Source of the DNA: Escherichia phage ERS-1
Sequence record: PP337211
DNA length: 64,000 bases
Reading direction: 5' to 3' (one strand)
Shown one piece after another: positions 10,951 through 24,499 of the stretch. The stretch's first letter is position 1. Every line of letters starts with the position of its first letter. The notes beneath the pieces were generated by a model. The model was not told the DNA's origin, searched no databases, and worked only from the letters and a program-made list of their open reading frames with translations. Both the position numbers and the translations under genes were made by a program.

Positions 10951-12420
10951 CGGAGTCTGGGAACCCCTGCCGACCCTTGCTCGTCCGCTGAGGTGTAGTG
11001 CCGGGATCGCGCGCCCCGGGCGGCGGGCGTGCTCGACCGGGTAGGCTTTGGCTGCTCCGCTCGCGTGCGTTGTGCGTTGCGGTTGAATCTCCGGCGGACT
11101 GGAGCTTCGGAGGGACCCGGTTGGAGTTCCGTCGAGTCTACCTGATCCGCGTCCTGGTGCTTTTGCTGGAAGCCGATTGGCGGATGCGACTGGCGTTGAT
11201 GTTGATCGGGGCGTCCGGTCTGATCGACCGCCGTGCCGTCCTGCAGGCCGTCGCCGCGTTGATCGTCCTGGCGGCCGTTCCGTCTGTCCGGAGGATGCCG
11301 ATGTGAGCGCGCTCCGGTGGGGTCGCGGTAGTCGTTGCTGGCGTGCCCTTGACGCTCTGGGCTGGCTCGCCGGTCTGGGCGATCCGCGGTTGTTCTCGAA
11401 GGTCGGAACCCGGAACGGGCGCGCGTCCTGGCGCCGGCGAAGGAACTTGCGGAGTTCGTGACGTCCTGGAGTCCTGGAGGTAACTGTAGGGGTGTCCGGT
11501 TGTGCGTAGGTCGGGGCGATAGAAGCTGGCCCCGCCGCGGTCCCGTAGTCGCGTGTCGGCCCGGGCTCGAAGGCTGTCCGTCGGCGCCTCGCCCGTTCTC
11601 GGCGCCTCGTCGAGATGTCAGGTGCCGAGGAACTGCGTGGGGGCCGCGGCGGGTCCGTCGACGTTGTCGCTGAACTCGGTGCGATTTCGGTGAACCGTCG
11701 TAGCCCGAGGTCGCCCGCGAGACGTTGCCAGGACCGCCGAGGCGCCGGGTACGATCCTCGGGTTGGCGAAGGTTTCGGCCGGTGGTCGGTTCGGTGCGGA
11801 GTCCCGGCGGAAACGATACCCGTGCTGCGGTCGCGCTCTCGCGGTTGGATCTCCCGGTTGACGATCGGCGCGCTGTCCCGGTAGTCGGAGGCGGTCGTGC
11901 TCGATGTTGATCCGGTCGTGCCCGCCTGTGGTTCCCACCTGTTGGGCCTCGGGTCGGAGGCGACGGCCCGGGTTGCGAGTCGGCCGGCTGGTGCCTGGTC
12001 TCCGCCCGGCCATTTCCTGGTACGGGATCGGATAGGTGACGTTGAAGGACTGGCGGGGCTCTCGTGCGTGCCTCGCCGCTCCGACCTGTCGTCGGTCGTG
12101 AGGCACGTCTGTTTTCCCGTCGTGACCTCCTTGGCGGGGCCTCGAAGATGTACGGGGCGACGATGCGCGAGCCCGACAGCACGTCGGCAGGTCGCCGTAC
12201 GACTGTCCCGTCCCGTCGAAGCGGAAGATGGCGTTGATGTCGGGCGGGCCGTCCGTGGTTAATGCTGCTGATAGGTCTGGTCTCCGGCCGCCCCGTGTCG
12301 CGGGCGGGATGGCCTCCTGGGTGGAAAACGCCGCCGCCGTTCTGAACCTGGATGTTCTGAAGGTATCGGTTGTCGAAAAGCTGTTCGGGTCCCTTGATCG
12401 CGAACTGCTGCTTCCTCTCC

Positions 12421-12930
12421 TCAGGTTTGCCGTTTGACGTTCGAGGGGCGGATGTGGACGCGGTTGTAGTAGTTGTTGTAAGCTAATGCCCTGCCGTCGA
12501 AACCTCCCCGGCTTCGCTGATGGGAAGGCTGTTCTGGACGGAGCCGAAGCCGTCCGTGGTTCGCTCCCGGGTAACGTTCTGGGCGGGCTTTGATCGTCTG
12601 CTGGACCAGGAGTCCCGCCCCACTGCCGGTTCCGGGCGGCCCCTGGAGACGGTGCCCTGCCAAGGCTCGCCTGGACGACTGTGTCAGACCTTTGTACCAT
12701 TTCCCCCGTTGGGATGGACCGCCCGCCTTTTCTGGTACGGGTGGAGCCTTCCGTCCCATCTGGTTGGGTGTGACCTTCCTCCCCCGGCCGGCAGGCCGGC
12801 TCGCCCTGCCCATTGGATTCCCCACCGGACTCGGGTACTCCTCGTTGCGGTTCGCTGAAGAGTTGATTGCAAGGACAAGCCCGACCCTGTTGGGGGTCGG
12901 CGAATAGTCCACGGGTTCATCCGTGAGCAC
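12421..12930 (-). CDS. Hypothetical protein (structural-like), stop at 12421
   Basis: rc peptides VDYSPTPNRVGLVLAINSSANRNEEYP ... GFDGRALAYNNYYNRVHIRPSNVKRQT then stop. Confidence 0.3.
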   Translation of the reverse strand: MLTDEPVDYSPTPNRVGLVLAINSSANRNEEYPSPVGNPMGRASRPAGRGRKVTPNQMGRKAPPVPEKAGGPSQRGKWYKGLTQSSRRALAGHRLQGPPGTGSGAGLLVQQTIKARPERYPGANHGRLRLRPEQPSHQRSRGGFDGRALAYNNYYNRVHIRPSNVKRQT

Positions 12931-13474
12931 CGCCTCCGCCGGCCCTGACCCGCTCTAGCGTAGGTCGGGCCGGCGCCAGGAGTGACCCTCCGAATTGTTC
13001 AAGGAATCGAACGAGCTGGAAGGAGACCCTGCCGTCGTCGTTGGCCGTGGTATAGTGAACCTGCCGACCGAAGGGACCTCCGGCAGTCCGTAGTTACCGC
13101 CGTCGGATCCTGCGGGTGGCGTTTCCGGTATAGTTGCGGGATGTTCCCCGCCCGTAGCGTAGAAGAACCGCCCCGCTCCGGGCCGCGGGTCAGGTTGGTG
13201 AGCCGAAGCCCTGGGCGCTGGAAGATAGTGGATGCCACCCTTGGCCTGTAGATGGTCTTGCTGTCCGGCAGCGGTAGGATGGCAATGGCCCCAAAGTAGA
13301 TGGGCAGCGGAAGATTGGCATGCCCTTGTCCCCGTTCGAGGTCGAGTGCGCAGCGGATAGCCGGGCTGGCGATCCGGCGAGCCCCCGCGCAGCCGTCCGA
13401 ACCGTTGACCGCGATTGGTATCGCCCGGAGCGAGGAACCGTTGACGGTGATGGTTTCGTTTGGGCAGCTGTGGT

Positions 13475-14240
13475 TTAAATAGGCCGTACCCTCGTGAGGG
13501 GCTCGCGCCGGGAGCCCGCCGCCACGCGGCCGTTTACCCTGGCCGCGGCGAAGTCGTGGCTGAAACGGGTTGTTGTCCGGTCCGGTCGTGCACCGGGTTC
13601 GGCTTCACCGGTTTGTCGTGTAGAGGTGGTGCTGGTGGAACTGATTCCGGTAGGCGGTGCTGGAGTTGTGGGCCCCGCCGTTATAGGTTGTCGTGTTCTC
13701 CGCGGCGTTCTGATACCCGCTGATGCTGAGGTCCCTCGGCTCTCGACCTCGCCAGCCAAGGGAGCCCGCTGGAGTAGGACGGTGGGCCAAGGACCCACCA
13801 CGCCTTCGGTAATTGCGGTATGGAGCTTGCCTGAGCTCCGGTCGGTCGTCCCGTGTGGCCCCCGCCGCCGCCGCTGGACGGCGAGAAGGGGATGCTGGCA
13901 GGATTTGTGTCGGCCCGGCTCTCCGGTTGCGGGCTCGAGCTCGCCGCCTCCCGAAGTATGCCTTTAGCCGTCTGGGTTGCGAGGCGTCGCCCGGGCGGCC
14001 TTCGCCTGCTCGGGAGCCTGTCGTTGCCGGTGCCCGGCACGTCCGCGGTGCCGTTCGCGTAGGAATAGCGCCGCTCGGAACGGGAGCGGCGTCCTGCGGG
14101 ACCAAGGACCCCCCGACCGCCTGCGGGTAGGGGAACTGGTTGGGCGTAGGTGCGGTGACGCAAGCCCGGCAGCCTCCCTCAGGCTGGTCGCGACCTCGGC
14201 GAACTGCAAGGAGCGGCCGAGGCGCGAATGAACAGGGCAA
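13475..14240 (-). CDS. Hypothetical N/T/Y/G-rich protein, tail-fibre-like composition; frame broken
   Basis: rc peptides ISGYQNAAENTTTYNGGAHNSSTAYRNQFHQHHLYTTNR, FSHDFAAARVNGRVAAGS. Confidence 0.25.
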
Positions 14241-15499
14241 TGTGGCGTTCCCGGGGACGCGTCGGGACGGCGAGCGGGTATTGAGCCCCGAACCGGTAGG
14301 GCGCGCCCGGCTGGTCGAACGGGGCGTCGGTTGGCGTCAGTGCCCGCGTACCCGTTCGTTGACGCGTTGTACCTGCCTGCGGCGCTGTCGTACTCTGACC
14401 TGATCTCGGCGTAGATTTCGGGTTGCAGTTGCCCGTGCCTTCGGGATGACCTCCGAGCCGAAGTGGTTGGCCGTCGGTCCCGTCCGCCTCGGCGAGGAGT
14501 TCGGACCTGAAACGTTCGTTGTTCCGCTTTGGATGGTTCCTGGCAGGTCGCCCGGCCAAGATGAGCCCCGGCAGTTCCGGCAACCGCGAAGGTCGCTGTT
14601 CCCGAGGGAGGCGGGCGTCCGTCATGGTCAGGCTGTAGTCCGTGAAGTCCCGTCGTCTGAGCATCGGAGGCCAGGACCGCGGGGGGAGGCCGTTGGATGT
14701 GCCGTATGTCGGATGTGACTTGTCCGCCGCTTGACTTCGCGGGCCGTCCCAGCTTCTGTGAATTGAAGCTGACCCCCGGATAGGTTCGAGGCGTACAAAA
14801 GCGGCCAGTTATTGTGGGGTCGTTCTGTGTTGGGTTCGTGGGGTTGTGCTGAACGCGTGGGGATGGTTCTTTGCGAGGCTGGTGGCAGGGTCCGCTGGCG
14901 GCCGGTATGGGTGGCGATGTTGTCCCGGCGGTACGGCGCGCCTGCCGGGCTGGCCATGCGCCGCTCCTTCTGGGTCGCGTTCGTGGTAAGGTGATCTGAC
15001 TCGCCAGAAAGTCTCGGGTTCGTCGCGGTTCCGATTTCGTTGCCTTGTCCTTCCCGGTTGTTGTGACCTGGCGGACCGCGCCAGCGTTGCGTCGGATCCC
15101 GTTTGGAGGACCCGCTCGCCCGAGGAGCTGGTGGTAGTCCTGTTCGGGCTCGATCCGTTCAGGCCCGGATCGCGGACCGACCGCCTGCTGCCCCTCGCCA
15201 CCGCCTGACGCGCTTCGCCCCGCTCCTGGGTCGGAGTACGGATGGACCTCGCTTTGCCGGCGTAGGCGGAAGGCGACCTGCTGCGAGTCCTGCCGCCTGC
15301 CCCCCGCCAGCGGGTCCCCTTCTGCCAGGCTGGGCCTGGCGTCCTGGGCGATGATCTGGGCGACGTTCGCGCGTCGCCGCGCCGGTCGCCGCCGCGAGGG
15401 CGTAGTTGGCCGGGGCGGAGCGGAGGCGAGGGCCTTCTGAACTGCCCTTGCCGTCAATGGTTGCCGCGGCGATAGCCGCCGCCTTGCCGATTGCCGCCT

Positions 15500-18250
15500 G
15501 CTTCGCTCCCGACCGGACCTGCCCTGGAGGGTGGAGAAGAAGTTGCGCTGGGTGGCGGTCCGCCTGTGATCTGGGCCTGGACCCGAGCCTTCAATCGTGG
15601 GCGGTCTGCTCGCCGACGAGGTCGGCTTGCCGCGTTGCCGTTGCGGCTTTGCCTGTGCCGCCAGGTATTGTGCCGGGCTTCCACCGTACCCGCGAGAGGT
15701 CCGCGTCGGACTTCCCTAACCGGTTCGCCTGGGCCTGCGCGATCGCCCCCGCGGCCTGGCCGTTCGATCGCCGTGAGCTGGGCGGTGAACTCCTGCTGGG
15801 TCCGAGGATAGCCTGAAGGACCTGGTTGCGGGTTTCCGCCGCCCCGGGTCTCCCTGAACGGTGCTGCTTCTCGCCAGCTGCTTCGGGTCTGGCTCCCCAG
15901 GACGACGCCTTGATAGCGGCGTCTGTTCCCATGTAGCGGTGCTGCTGTTCGACCTCGCCGCCCCCAGGTGAGGCGGCTCGCGCCTCCTCCTCCGGCTGGC
16001 GGTTGATCGCGCCCGGGGCCGGGCGTGGTCCTTCCGCTGCTCCTCGACGGTGCCTGACCTGGGCCTTGCGCTCCGCGGTGACGGCTCGCCCCCGGTTTGT
16101 CAGAGGGGGCGAGGGCGTTGGCGTACCCCGCCGAGCTGCCCGGTGCGCGGGGATCCTACCTGTTGGTTGAGTTCATCCTGGAGTCTCGAGGGCCTTGGCC
16201 GCCTCCTCATCGCCTTTCCCGGAGGTCCGGCGACCACCGCCGTCCCTGTTCGGCGTTCCGACTCCAGCCGCGGCGACCCGCTCCTTGGAAATGTCGCGCG
16301 CGTTGATCCGCTTGTCCGGATCGCCTAAACCGCTTTCCGGATCGGCGAGGACTTCCTGGCGGAAGCCTTCCTCGGGTTCGTGCCGATGTTGGCGCCGGCG
16401 GCCTTCGGCCCTCGACGTCGCTGGTCACCGCCGCCTTCTGGCCGTCCGTCGTCGTAAGGTTTTGCCGCCGGCCTTCGCGCGTTCCCCGAGCTGGCGGGAA
16501 GTCGTTCAGGGCGTCGATGACGGAGCTGCGGTTGAGGACCCGCGGTTCCCACGCCCCGGATCGTCCCGCCGATCCGGTTGATGTCCGAAGGACGGTGCGG
16601 CTTTGTTCTGCCTGGGCTTCCCTGGTTCTGCACGCTGGCCCCGGCCGGTCGGTTGTGCGTGCCGTCGCCGCGAGCCTGTTGCCCGTCGAGAACTCCCCAC
16701 CGTATTGGCGAGGCCGGTGATGATCGGGCCGATGTCCTCCCGGCGGCGCGCGTCAGATTGCCCAGAGTGGTCGTGTCGTCAATCCCCAGCTCGATTCTCG
16801 TCCCGGAACAGGGTCAGGGCGGTGATCACGGGAGGTGAGGACGATCAGGAATGCGCCCAAGGGGTTCGCGGCGATGGCGGCGTTGAGGGCGACCACCGCG
16901 GTGCGGACCGCGTTGAACGCAGCCGCGCCCCCGGCGACGATAGCGAAGCCCGCGCCCAGGAGGACCTTGGCGAGGGTGTCCGGTTATTGCTGATGAAGCT
17001 GTTGATCGCCTTGGACTGGCTCGCTCGCCCCGGTCGCCCGTCCAGTTGCCGGCTCCCTGGCCCTCCCGTTGTTCTGAAAGGACTTGGAAGGACTGGCCGA
17101 TGGTGGACGGACTGGGGTCGTTCCTCCGGCCTCCGTCCCGGGCGTTCTTGAAGGCGTCGAAGATGATGTCGGCGCTGATCTTCGCTCCTTTCCTTATCCT
17201 TGCCGGAGTTCGCCGCGGTTGTCCCGTCGCTTGGCCATCCTTCGCCATGGTCTGGCTGTTCGGACGGAGTTCGGTCGATCGCTGCGGAGGACGCCCAGGC
17301 GCAGGCCCTGGGCCTGCTGGACGTGCCCGCTCCAGCCTCGCCCGCGCTCGCGCCTGGACGGGCGACGGCTTGGTCCCTGTGACTTCGTGAAGTCGATCTG
17401 GCTCCTGCTGCGAGGTGCCGCCCCTTCGCGCTGTCGGCCGTCGGCCGCACGTCTCCCGGACCCTTGGGGACTGGCGGGTGGAGTTCGAGACGCAGGCCGA
17501 CCATAGACCGCCCCGAGGTATGGGTCTTCAGGCCGTCGCCCGGAGTCGGTTCTGAGGTTGGCGAGGCTGTCCTGCCCCTCCAGTTCGCGCGGGGCGTGTA
17601 CGCGCCCTGGAGGTGGTGGTTCTCAGGAAGTCCCCTCCCGTCCGCGGCTCCTCGCCCGGACTCGCCGATGTCCTCCCGTCGCTGAACGGCGCGCCAGCCT
17701 CGTTCGGTGATGATGATGTCGGTTGTGCCGGCCGTTGGCTCCCCGGTCCCCGTCAGATGCCCCTTCCCAACTGTAGGCCGGACGGCTTCGAGCACCGCCT
17801 GTTCCAAGTTGCTGGGGCTCGGCGGAAGCACCCGTCATTCCCGTTGTTGGATGTACGGAGGTTGTTGGTGATGCGCATCTCTCCCCGGCACCCAACCCGC
17901 GAATGACCGATTGGCTTGGTCGATAGCGGCCTGAGTGTCGGCGGCTTCGGTGCTGCCTGCCTCGCCGGCGAGAGGCGTTGTTGCGGGAGGAGGGGGCGGA
18001 GCCGGTCGCGGTGATCCGGTTGGATCGGGCGCGGCCCGTGTCCGGGCGTCCGGTGTCGGCTTGATCCGCGGCGAGGGCGACCTTGCGAGCGAGCGTGTTA
18101 GATGCTCGCCACCTTCGGTCCCGGGAGGAAATGCGTCGGCCCTGAGTCGCTGAGACTTGGCTGCGCTCGCCTTGTACAGACTTCTGGCGGCTTGCTGGAT
18201 GGTCGGGGGCTCTCCCCTGCTGCTCGCCCTCCATCCCTGTCTACTGTAGG
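15500..18250 (-). CDS. Candidate tail tape-measure protein; boundaries uncertain; frame broken
   Basis: Hydrophobic segment typical of tape-measure proteins, LAKVLLGAGFAIVAGGAAAFNAVRTAVVALNAAIAANPLGAFLIVL (~16850-17000); neighbouring peptides AKISADIIFDAFKNARDGG, KAINSFISNN, EAADTQAAIDQANRSFAGW. Confidence 0.4.
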
Positions 18251-19282
18251 TTTCTGGAATGGAGGGTGGCGGCACAGGTCCCTGGCCTGTGCCGATTCTG
18301 CCGTCACGTTGTTTAAAAATCCGATGTAGTACAGGCTCGAATGAAGGTTTACTCCGGGGCGTTCTGTATGCGGTCGGGGCGGTCCGACCCGTGCGTCGCT
18401 CGATGATCTTCGCCTCACTGGGCCTCGCTCGAAGCCGTAGGCGACTTCCCGGTTTCCCGTGCCGTCTCCCCGCACCTCGTCGCGGAGCGTTGCGTCGGCG
18501 GACTGCTCGCGGAGGTCCCGGCTGTCCGGTGCTCGAACCTGTTCGGACGTCTCCTCGTCGAAGTCCGCTTCGGCTGGCCGTCCGGGCCTTCCCGTCGATC
18601 GGTTGGGACCGCCGTCTCCGCGAACATTCCTCGGCACCTGTCCGCGGGGTCGTTGTCCGTGTCCGGTTGGACGGCCTTTCTGTACGGGCGGGTGGCCTTC
18701 TCCGCGCCTTCGAGAAGGCGAGCGTCCGCGGCCCCGGCGCGCGATCTCGATGCGGATCGGTCTGCCGTCCGCCGTTGGCCGTACCGGCGGAAACGTTGTC
18801 CGTTTCCGGGCCCTCCGTCTGGTCGGGCCCGTTTGGGCCCTCGCTCTCCGTTTCTCGCCAGGGTGAGGGAAGGGAGGGCCCGCAGCCTCCCGGGTCTGTT
18901 GATTATACGTCCGCCGTGTTCGGAAGGTAAGGAATTCGTTTCCAGTGGGCCAGCCCCGCCGCCCTCCCGCTCCGCTCCGCCAGGCAGGGTGATCCGCGGC
19001 CTGTCTGCGCTTTGTCGTCGCCCGGGTGAGCGGCATGTCCGTGGTTATGCAGTTGCTTGCCAGGCGAAGTCCTTGCCGTCACGTTGAGTTGTCGCGGTTG
19101 CTGGACCGCCTGGGTTCCGCGAAGTAGGCGGTGACGTTACCCGAGCCCGGAAGGTGCCCGCGGAACGCTCGAAGGCCCCGAGGACCTGCGACCGCCTTGT
19201 CGGGCGAGACGTTGTTGTTGATCGTCGGGTCAGCTCCGCTCAGGAAGGCGAACAGCGCAGTGGGGTTCGAACTCGCCCGCGG

Positions 19283-21000
19283 TCAAGCCTTCCCATGATC
19301 CGGCTGAAGTCCGAGGAGGTGTTGAAGGCCGGTGCGTCCCAGGTCGGGACGGGCGCCCGACTTCGTCGCCGGAGCTGTCGCGCTGTTCGTTGTCGGTCGC
19401 CGCGAAGCCGGGTCAACCGTGACCTTGTCGGCCTGGCGAATCTGGAGGCTCGGTTGTTTCTGGACCGCCTCCTGGTACTCACGTGCCGTTCGCGTCCTGG
19501 CCCGGGTACGTTCGAGCTGGCAGGTGCGGCGCTTTATCGTGTTGGCGTCCCGCTCGTCGATCCGATCCTGCCGGAGCAACTGTGGATGGTCTTGCCCGTG
19601 CCCGTCTCGTCCTCGGCGGTGCCGGCGGTCTTGTCGGTCTGATGTAGGTGGCCGCGACCGCGCGGACGCGGGCGAAGCCGTCGTCGGCGGTGTCGGCGGA
19701 ACTGGTCGCCGCCGCGTCCCCGCTCCGTCACCTTGCCAGGCTGGGTTTAGGCCTCGCGCCCAGCTCGCGGACCTGGTGCGGATAGCTGCCCAGTTGTCGA
19801 CCGTCGTTTGCGGAGCCCAACTGGAAACCAACCTCTCATCAAAGCTTCGCCGGTCGCCGGGGGCGTCATCCACTGCGGTTTGAGTCACCACCACGGTCGT
19901 GGCCGTGGAGCTGGCGACGTTCTTCAGGCCGTTGTTCGAGGCCTGACCGAAGCCGGAGGCGCAGGGCCAGATCACCGGCGAGGAACGCGACCCCTCGCCT
20001 GCCCTGAGCCCTGGGCGTAGGCCCCGCCGTGCCCGTTGCTGGGAGAAGGGCGGCGGTTCCGTTGGTCGGGACGTCGCTGGCCTTCTCGCGGATGTCCGCG
20101 AGACAAGCTGAAGCTGTGGTTTGTTGTTCTGGTCTGTTCTTACCCCAAACTGCCCAGGCGTCCGTGTTGTGGTCGTCGGCCCTCTGCGCTGGCCGGACGG
20201 GTCGACGGGGTTCCGGCTACCGTGGTCCTGGCCCTGATCAGCTGTTCGTAGCCGTTGGGGCTCCTGCAGACTGTCGGCGGCCCTGTTCTCGATCGTGTCC
20301 TCCTCCGCAGGCGCAGGCCGGTGACGTTCAGTCAATCTCGTTAGCCGTTGCAACCTCCGGATCGAGTGGTGGGTCGATCCGTTTGTCCCGTCTGACTCCA
20401 CCGCCGATATCCGCGCCGTCCGGGCCAATCTCCTGGACGCGCGCGTTGCGGAACGGATCGCCGCTCGCGCGCCTCGCCCCTCGAGGCGTCCCGGGCGATC
20501 ATCGCCTGTTTCCGGCGGGTAGGCCTTGGCCTCCGGGCCGCGGGTGAAAACTTGTACCGTGAACCCGGTCCGGTACGGTAAAGCGGCGACCGCCCGGCTG
20601 CTCTCGAAGGTCGCGCCGCGAAGTCGGTGCGGCGCAACGTGATTCGGCATAGGGCTGTCCGCGGGCGGCAGGGTCGCCCGCGTCCTCCTGGGCGGCCGCG
20701 GATCGGAGCCCCGCCGTTGAGGGCCGGGGCGTCCGTGGTCGGCTGGTGTTGAAACCTGCCGGGTGATTCCGTCGCGGGCGCTGTCGAAGGTCGGGAGGGT
20801 CATTGGCGCACCTGCAATTTCCGTTATCGCTCGCCCGTTCGGGTTCTGGTTTCGGCGATGACCTTCCGGTCTCCGGAGCCGGCGGCCTTCGACCTCCGGC
20901 GGAGCCGTGCGCGTCTCTCCGCGGGCGAAGTCGCGCTGGTCGCCCTTGCGGATCGTCGGCCGTCGATGTAGCGTTGCTGGTGTTGGACACCGCTTCAACC
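19283..21000 (-). CDS. Hypothetical structural-like protein(s); frame broken
   Basis: rc peptides ASNNGLKNVASSTATTVVVTQTAVDDAPGDRRSFDERLVSSWAPQTTVDNWAAIRT, LPYRTGFTVQVFTRGPEAKAYPPETGDD. Confidence 0.25.
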
Positions 21001-21957
21001 GGTGGTCCGCCGCGACGTTGCCGCCCGGCTTCCGGCTTGCCGCCGGGATCGGGGCGGCCCCGGCGGTGAAGCCCCGCAGGTTGCGGCCTGGCCGTTCTTC
21101 TTGACCGTTCTTGGCCCTGCGCGATAGCGGGTAGTACTGTGCCCGACCACCCGTGCCAGGCCGCCGGAGTGATAAGCTGGTGGTACCTGCTTCTGGCTTG
21201 TCGCCGCCGGAGTATTGGGTCGGAATACGGCCCCGCCGTCAAGGCGACGGACTCGCTGACGGGTCGGACCGCCTTCCGACTTCAGGACCGCTGTCGCCGA
21301 GGCGTCTTCCGCTCCGGGTTGGGGTTCTGCTTCGCCAGGGCGCGCGAGTCGCGTGTTCTTCACCCTTTGCGGCATGTCGTCGATGTAGTAGCGGTGCGGT
21401 CTGGCGTCCGTCCGGTGCCCTTCCCGGTGGTCGCGGCCTGCTGCTTTCTCGCCTTCAAGTCGAACCGCTGTTCCGGTAGTCGGTCGCGCGGATGACCGCG
21501 GCCTCGGTCCCTGGGGGTCCGTGAGCCCGCGAAGGAGTCGCCCCGGTCGGCGCGGTAGGTCTTCGAACCCTCCCCGCCACGTAGGGTTCGCCCCGGCCAC
21601 GGCTCCCGCGTCGTCTGGACGACGGGTGCCGGCGCTCCTCCAAGGCTTGATATTTGGCCCGGCGGATCGTCGATGTTCCGTGGCCTCCGGTTGATCGGCT
21701 GGTTCCTGTTCCCGTACCCGGGCTGAGGGACGCGGGGACTTGAGGCTGGTGCGTTCCGACGTGCCGGGTCGGGGCGGGGCCGGGTCGTCCGCGGGCGTTC
21801 AGGCGGCGGTGATCCTGTAGGACGCCCGCCGCCCCGCCGTTGTAGCTGGACGCCACGAAGCCCCGCCGTTGTGACCGTCGCGCCCGGGCTTCGCGGCGCA
21901 TCTTCGCCCGTGTTTTCTGTCCAGTTGCGTCATGGCCGTGAGCCTGGAAAGCCCGGG

Positions 21958-22605
21958 TCAGGCGGTTTCCCGTGTCGGTCGCGGCAGGGAGGCGTGCGCC
22001 GCGCGCTCCTCCAACCCGTCCAACCGCTCGAGCCGTCCGCGCGATAGGCTACCGGGATTGGCGGCTGAACCCGTATCGCCAGGTCCGCTCTGCCCGAGGG
22101 TTCCTGGCGGGGAGCGTGCGTGAGGCCACATGCTTTTCCTGCTCGATCCGTCCGGCGAGGGTCCGGGTCGGCCGTGGTGACCTCCCGCTGCTCGACCTGC
22201 CGCGGTGCCTCCTTCGCCCCCGAAAGGGACGAAGGCGCGGGCGTCCTGGGCGAGGGCGACCAGCCGAAGGCCCTGTACACGCGAAGGCGAAGTGAATCTG
22301 GCCCTCGCCGGAATGGTTGGAAGGTGAAGCGCTGCGGGGGCGATGGCGAGGACCCCAGGCTCCCTGCCCCTCCCAGCTCTCCCGGCTGTGTGAGCCTTTC
22401 CCAGTGTCGGCCCGGGCAGTACGGCGGGTGATCTGGGCGGTGATCCCTGCGGCGCGAGGGACGCTGTCCGTTGCGCGAGGGTCACGACGCGGCCGGGGTC
22501 GAATCCGTACGGGACCACGCCTGGCGATGAAGGTACCGGCCGGTTGTTGAAGAAGGGCGCGAGGGCGCTTGTCGGTCGGAAGAAGCGGGTGACGGCGATG
22601 TTCAT
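21958..22605 (-). CDS. Hypothetical protein with clear RBS-supported start
   Basis: rc CCGGAGAACCAACG-ATG (ATG is complement of 22603-22605); N-terminus MNIAVTRFFRPTSALAPFFNNRPVPSSPGVVPYGFDPGRVVTLAQRTASLAPQG; later part low-complexity (frameshifts). Confidence 0.4.
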   Translation of the reverse strand: MNIAVTRFFRPTSALAPFFNNRPVPSSPGVVPYGFDPGRVVTLAQRTASLAPQGSPPRSPAVLPGPTLGKAHTAGRAGRGREPGVLAIAPAALHLPTIPARARFTSPSRVQGLRLVALAQDARAFVPFGGEGGTAAGRAAGGHHGRPGPSPDGSSRKSMWPHARSPPGTLGQSGPGDTGSAANPGSLSRGRLERLDGLEERAAHASLPRPTRETA

Positions 22606-24499
22606 CGTTGGTTCTCCGGTTGGTGGGGGCAGGGTAGTGGGTGGACGGCGGACGCGCCCAGGCTGAAAGGGGCCTTTCGGCTTTCCCGACGGCCCGGTCG
22701 CCGTCTGCGGCGACTTCCCCGGTAGCCGCCGAAGTCTCTGGCGGTGGTTGGCGCTCCGTTCGGCCCTCGCCGGGGTGGACCTGCTGTCCGGATCGGCTGG
22801 GCCTGCAGGAGAATTGGAGGCGCCCCGCTGATTGCCTGGTCCTGGGGGTCCTGTGCAGAGCGCGGCTCTTCCCCGCGCCCGGGCGTCCGCTCGCCGTCGG
22901 GCGAAACCCGCGCCCGGAAGGTCGGCGCCTCGCTGTCGGCGGGTTTTCCCCCGTCGGCGGTCTCGTTGTTGGCCTGGCGCGTAGGCGTTCCCCTCCCGTT
23001 CCCGGCGCGGACCTCCTCCTCGCAATTCGTCAGCGGCCTCCGCCGCCTCCGCGGTCGCGCTCCGCCTTCCCGGAGCCGTAGCCGTAGCCGTAGCCCGCGA
23101 AGGTGATCCAGTGCGACGGTGAGGTGCACGCCTGCCGTGGCCGGCTTGGAGGAGGGGAAGCCGAACACGGGGGCTTAACCTCGCCCGTCCGTTGCCCTTG
23201 ATCGGGGCGGCGGGGCCGGAGGGGCCGGAGCGGACTTGCCTCCGGCGTTGCCTCCTCCAGTTCTGGCCGTGACGTGCGCCGGTTTCTCAGGCGTCAATGG
23301 TCGAGGCGGTTGCCTTGGTGGTGCCGGATCTTCGCCGGCTGTTCTCCTTTGCAGAGTCGGTCGGGTTACTGAGCGGCCTTCGCCTCTCGCGGGCGTGGCC
23401 CGGGCGACGGCTTCCACGTCAGCGCGGGCACGCCGGCGGAGCCCTGCCCCGCTTCTCCCGGCGGCCATCGTGGGCTCTCCGTCCTTGGTCCGAGTGAGAG
23501 TGTCGTCCGCCGGGTCCAGGCCGAGGACCGCCTTCTGAGCTTGGCAATCGGTTTCCGCGGTTTGGCCCCCTTGCCGGACCGGCGGGACCGCCGGTTGCTC
23601 GTCTCCCTTTGGGTTACCCCCGGCTCGCCCGGCTTCGGCTTCGCTCCGCCGCTGAGGCGTACGCGTTGCGGTTTTGCCGCTCCCGTCCGGGCGAACGTCG
23701 CCGTGTACCGGCTGTCGGCCGTCGCTGGCAGCCTTCTCTGAGATTGCTGGCCCTTCCGGTACCTTTGCGGGGTGCCTTCCGGTAGGCCTGCCGTTGCGTC
23801 TCGAGGAAGCGGGCGTGGCGCTGACCTCCCGCCGGAGCGGCGATGGTCAAGCGGCCCTTGTCGAACGGTAGGGCTGACTGCCCGGAGCGGACCGCGGCCC
23901 GCCTGGGGGTCTGGTCAGGACGAAGGTTGTTTGGATGATGGTGGGTCCCGTACGGTTCTCCTGGGTCAGCGGCTGTTGCGTTGCGGCCAGGACCCGCGGG
24001 TCCACAGCAGCGTCGGCAGGGTATCGCTGAGGGCGTCGCCCAGGCTCCGCCGTCCGTGATCGTGCCCGGGCGCTCGATGGGGGATTCGCCCCCGGCGGCG
24101 TGGACTGGATCCTGGTCTGCCGGTTGCCGGTAGTGCGTCCGCGGCTCCCGCGATGGCTAGGGTGTTCGTGGCGCGGGACGCGGCGTTGATCCCGGTTGTG
24201 TTCGGAAGCGGTCAACGGTGCTGCGGCGACCTGTCGGCGGTGTTGTCGGTCGCGTCTCCGCACCGGTGACGCTGACATGGGCGCTCCGTCCGCGGCCTCC
24301 GCCCGGGTACCTCGTCGAAGGTCCTGCTGTTCCGTCGGCTCCGGCGGCGATTCGGTCGGTTGAATCGTTGAGCCCTGCCCTGCCGTCGCCGTCGAACTTC
24401 GCCTGGTGGTCCGCTTGGCGATGGTGTCGGAAGCGGCGACAGGTGCCGGCGCTCCGCGCCGTGCGTCAGGTCGCGGCCGGAACTTGTTCCGGTCCAGGG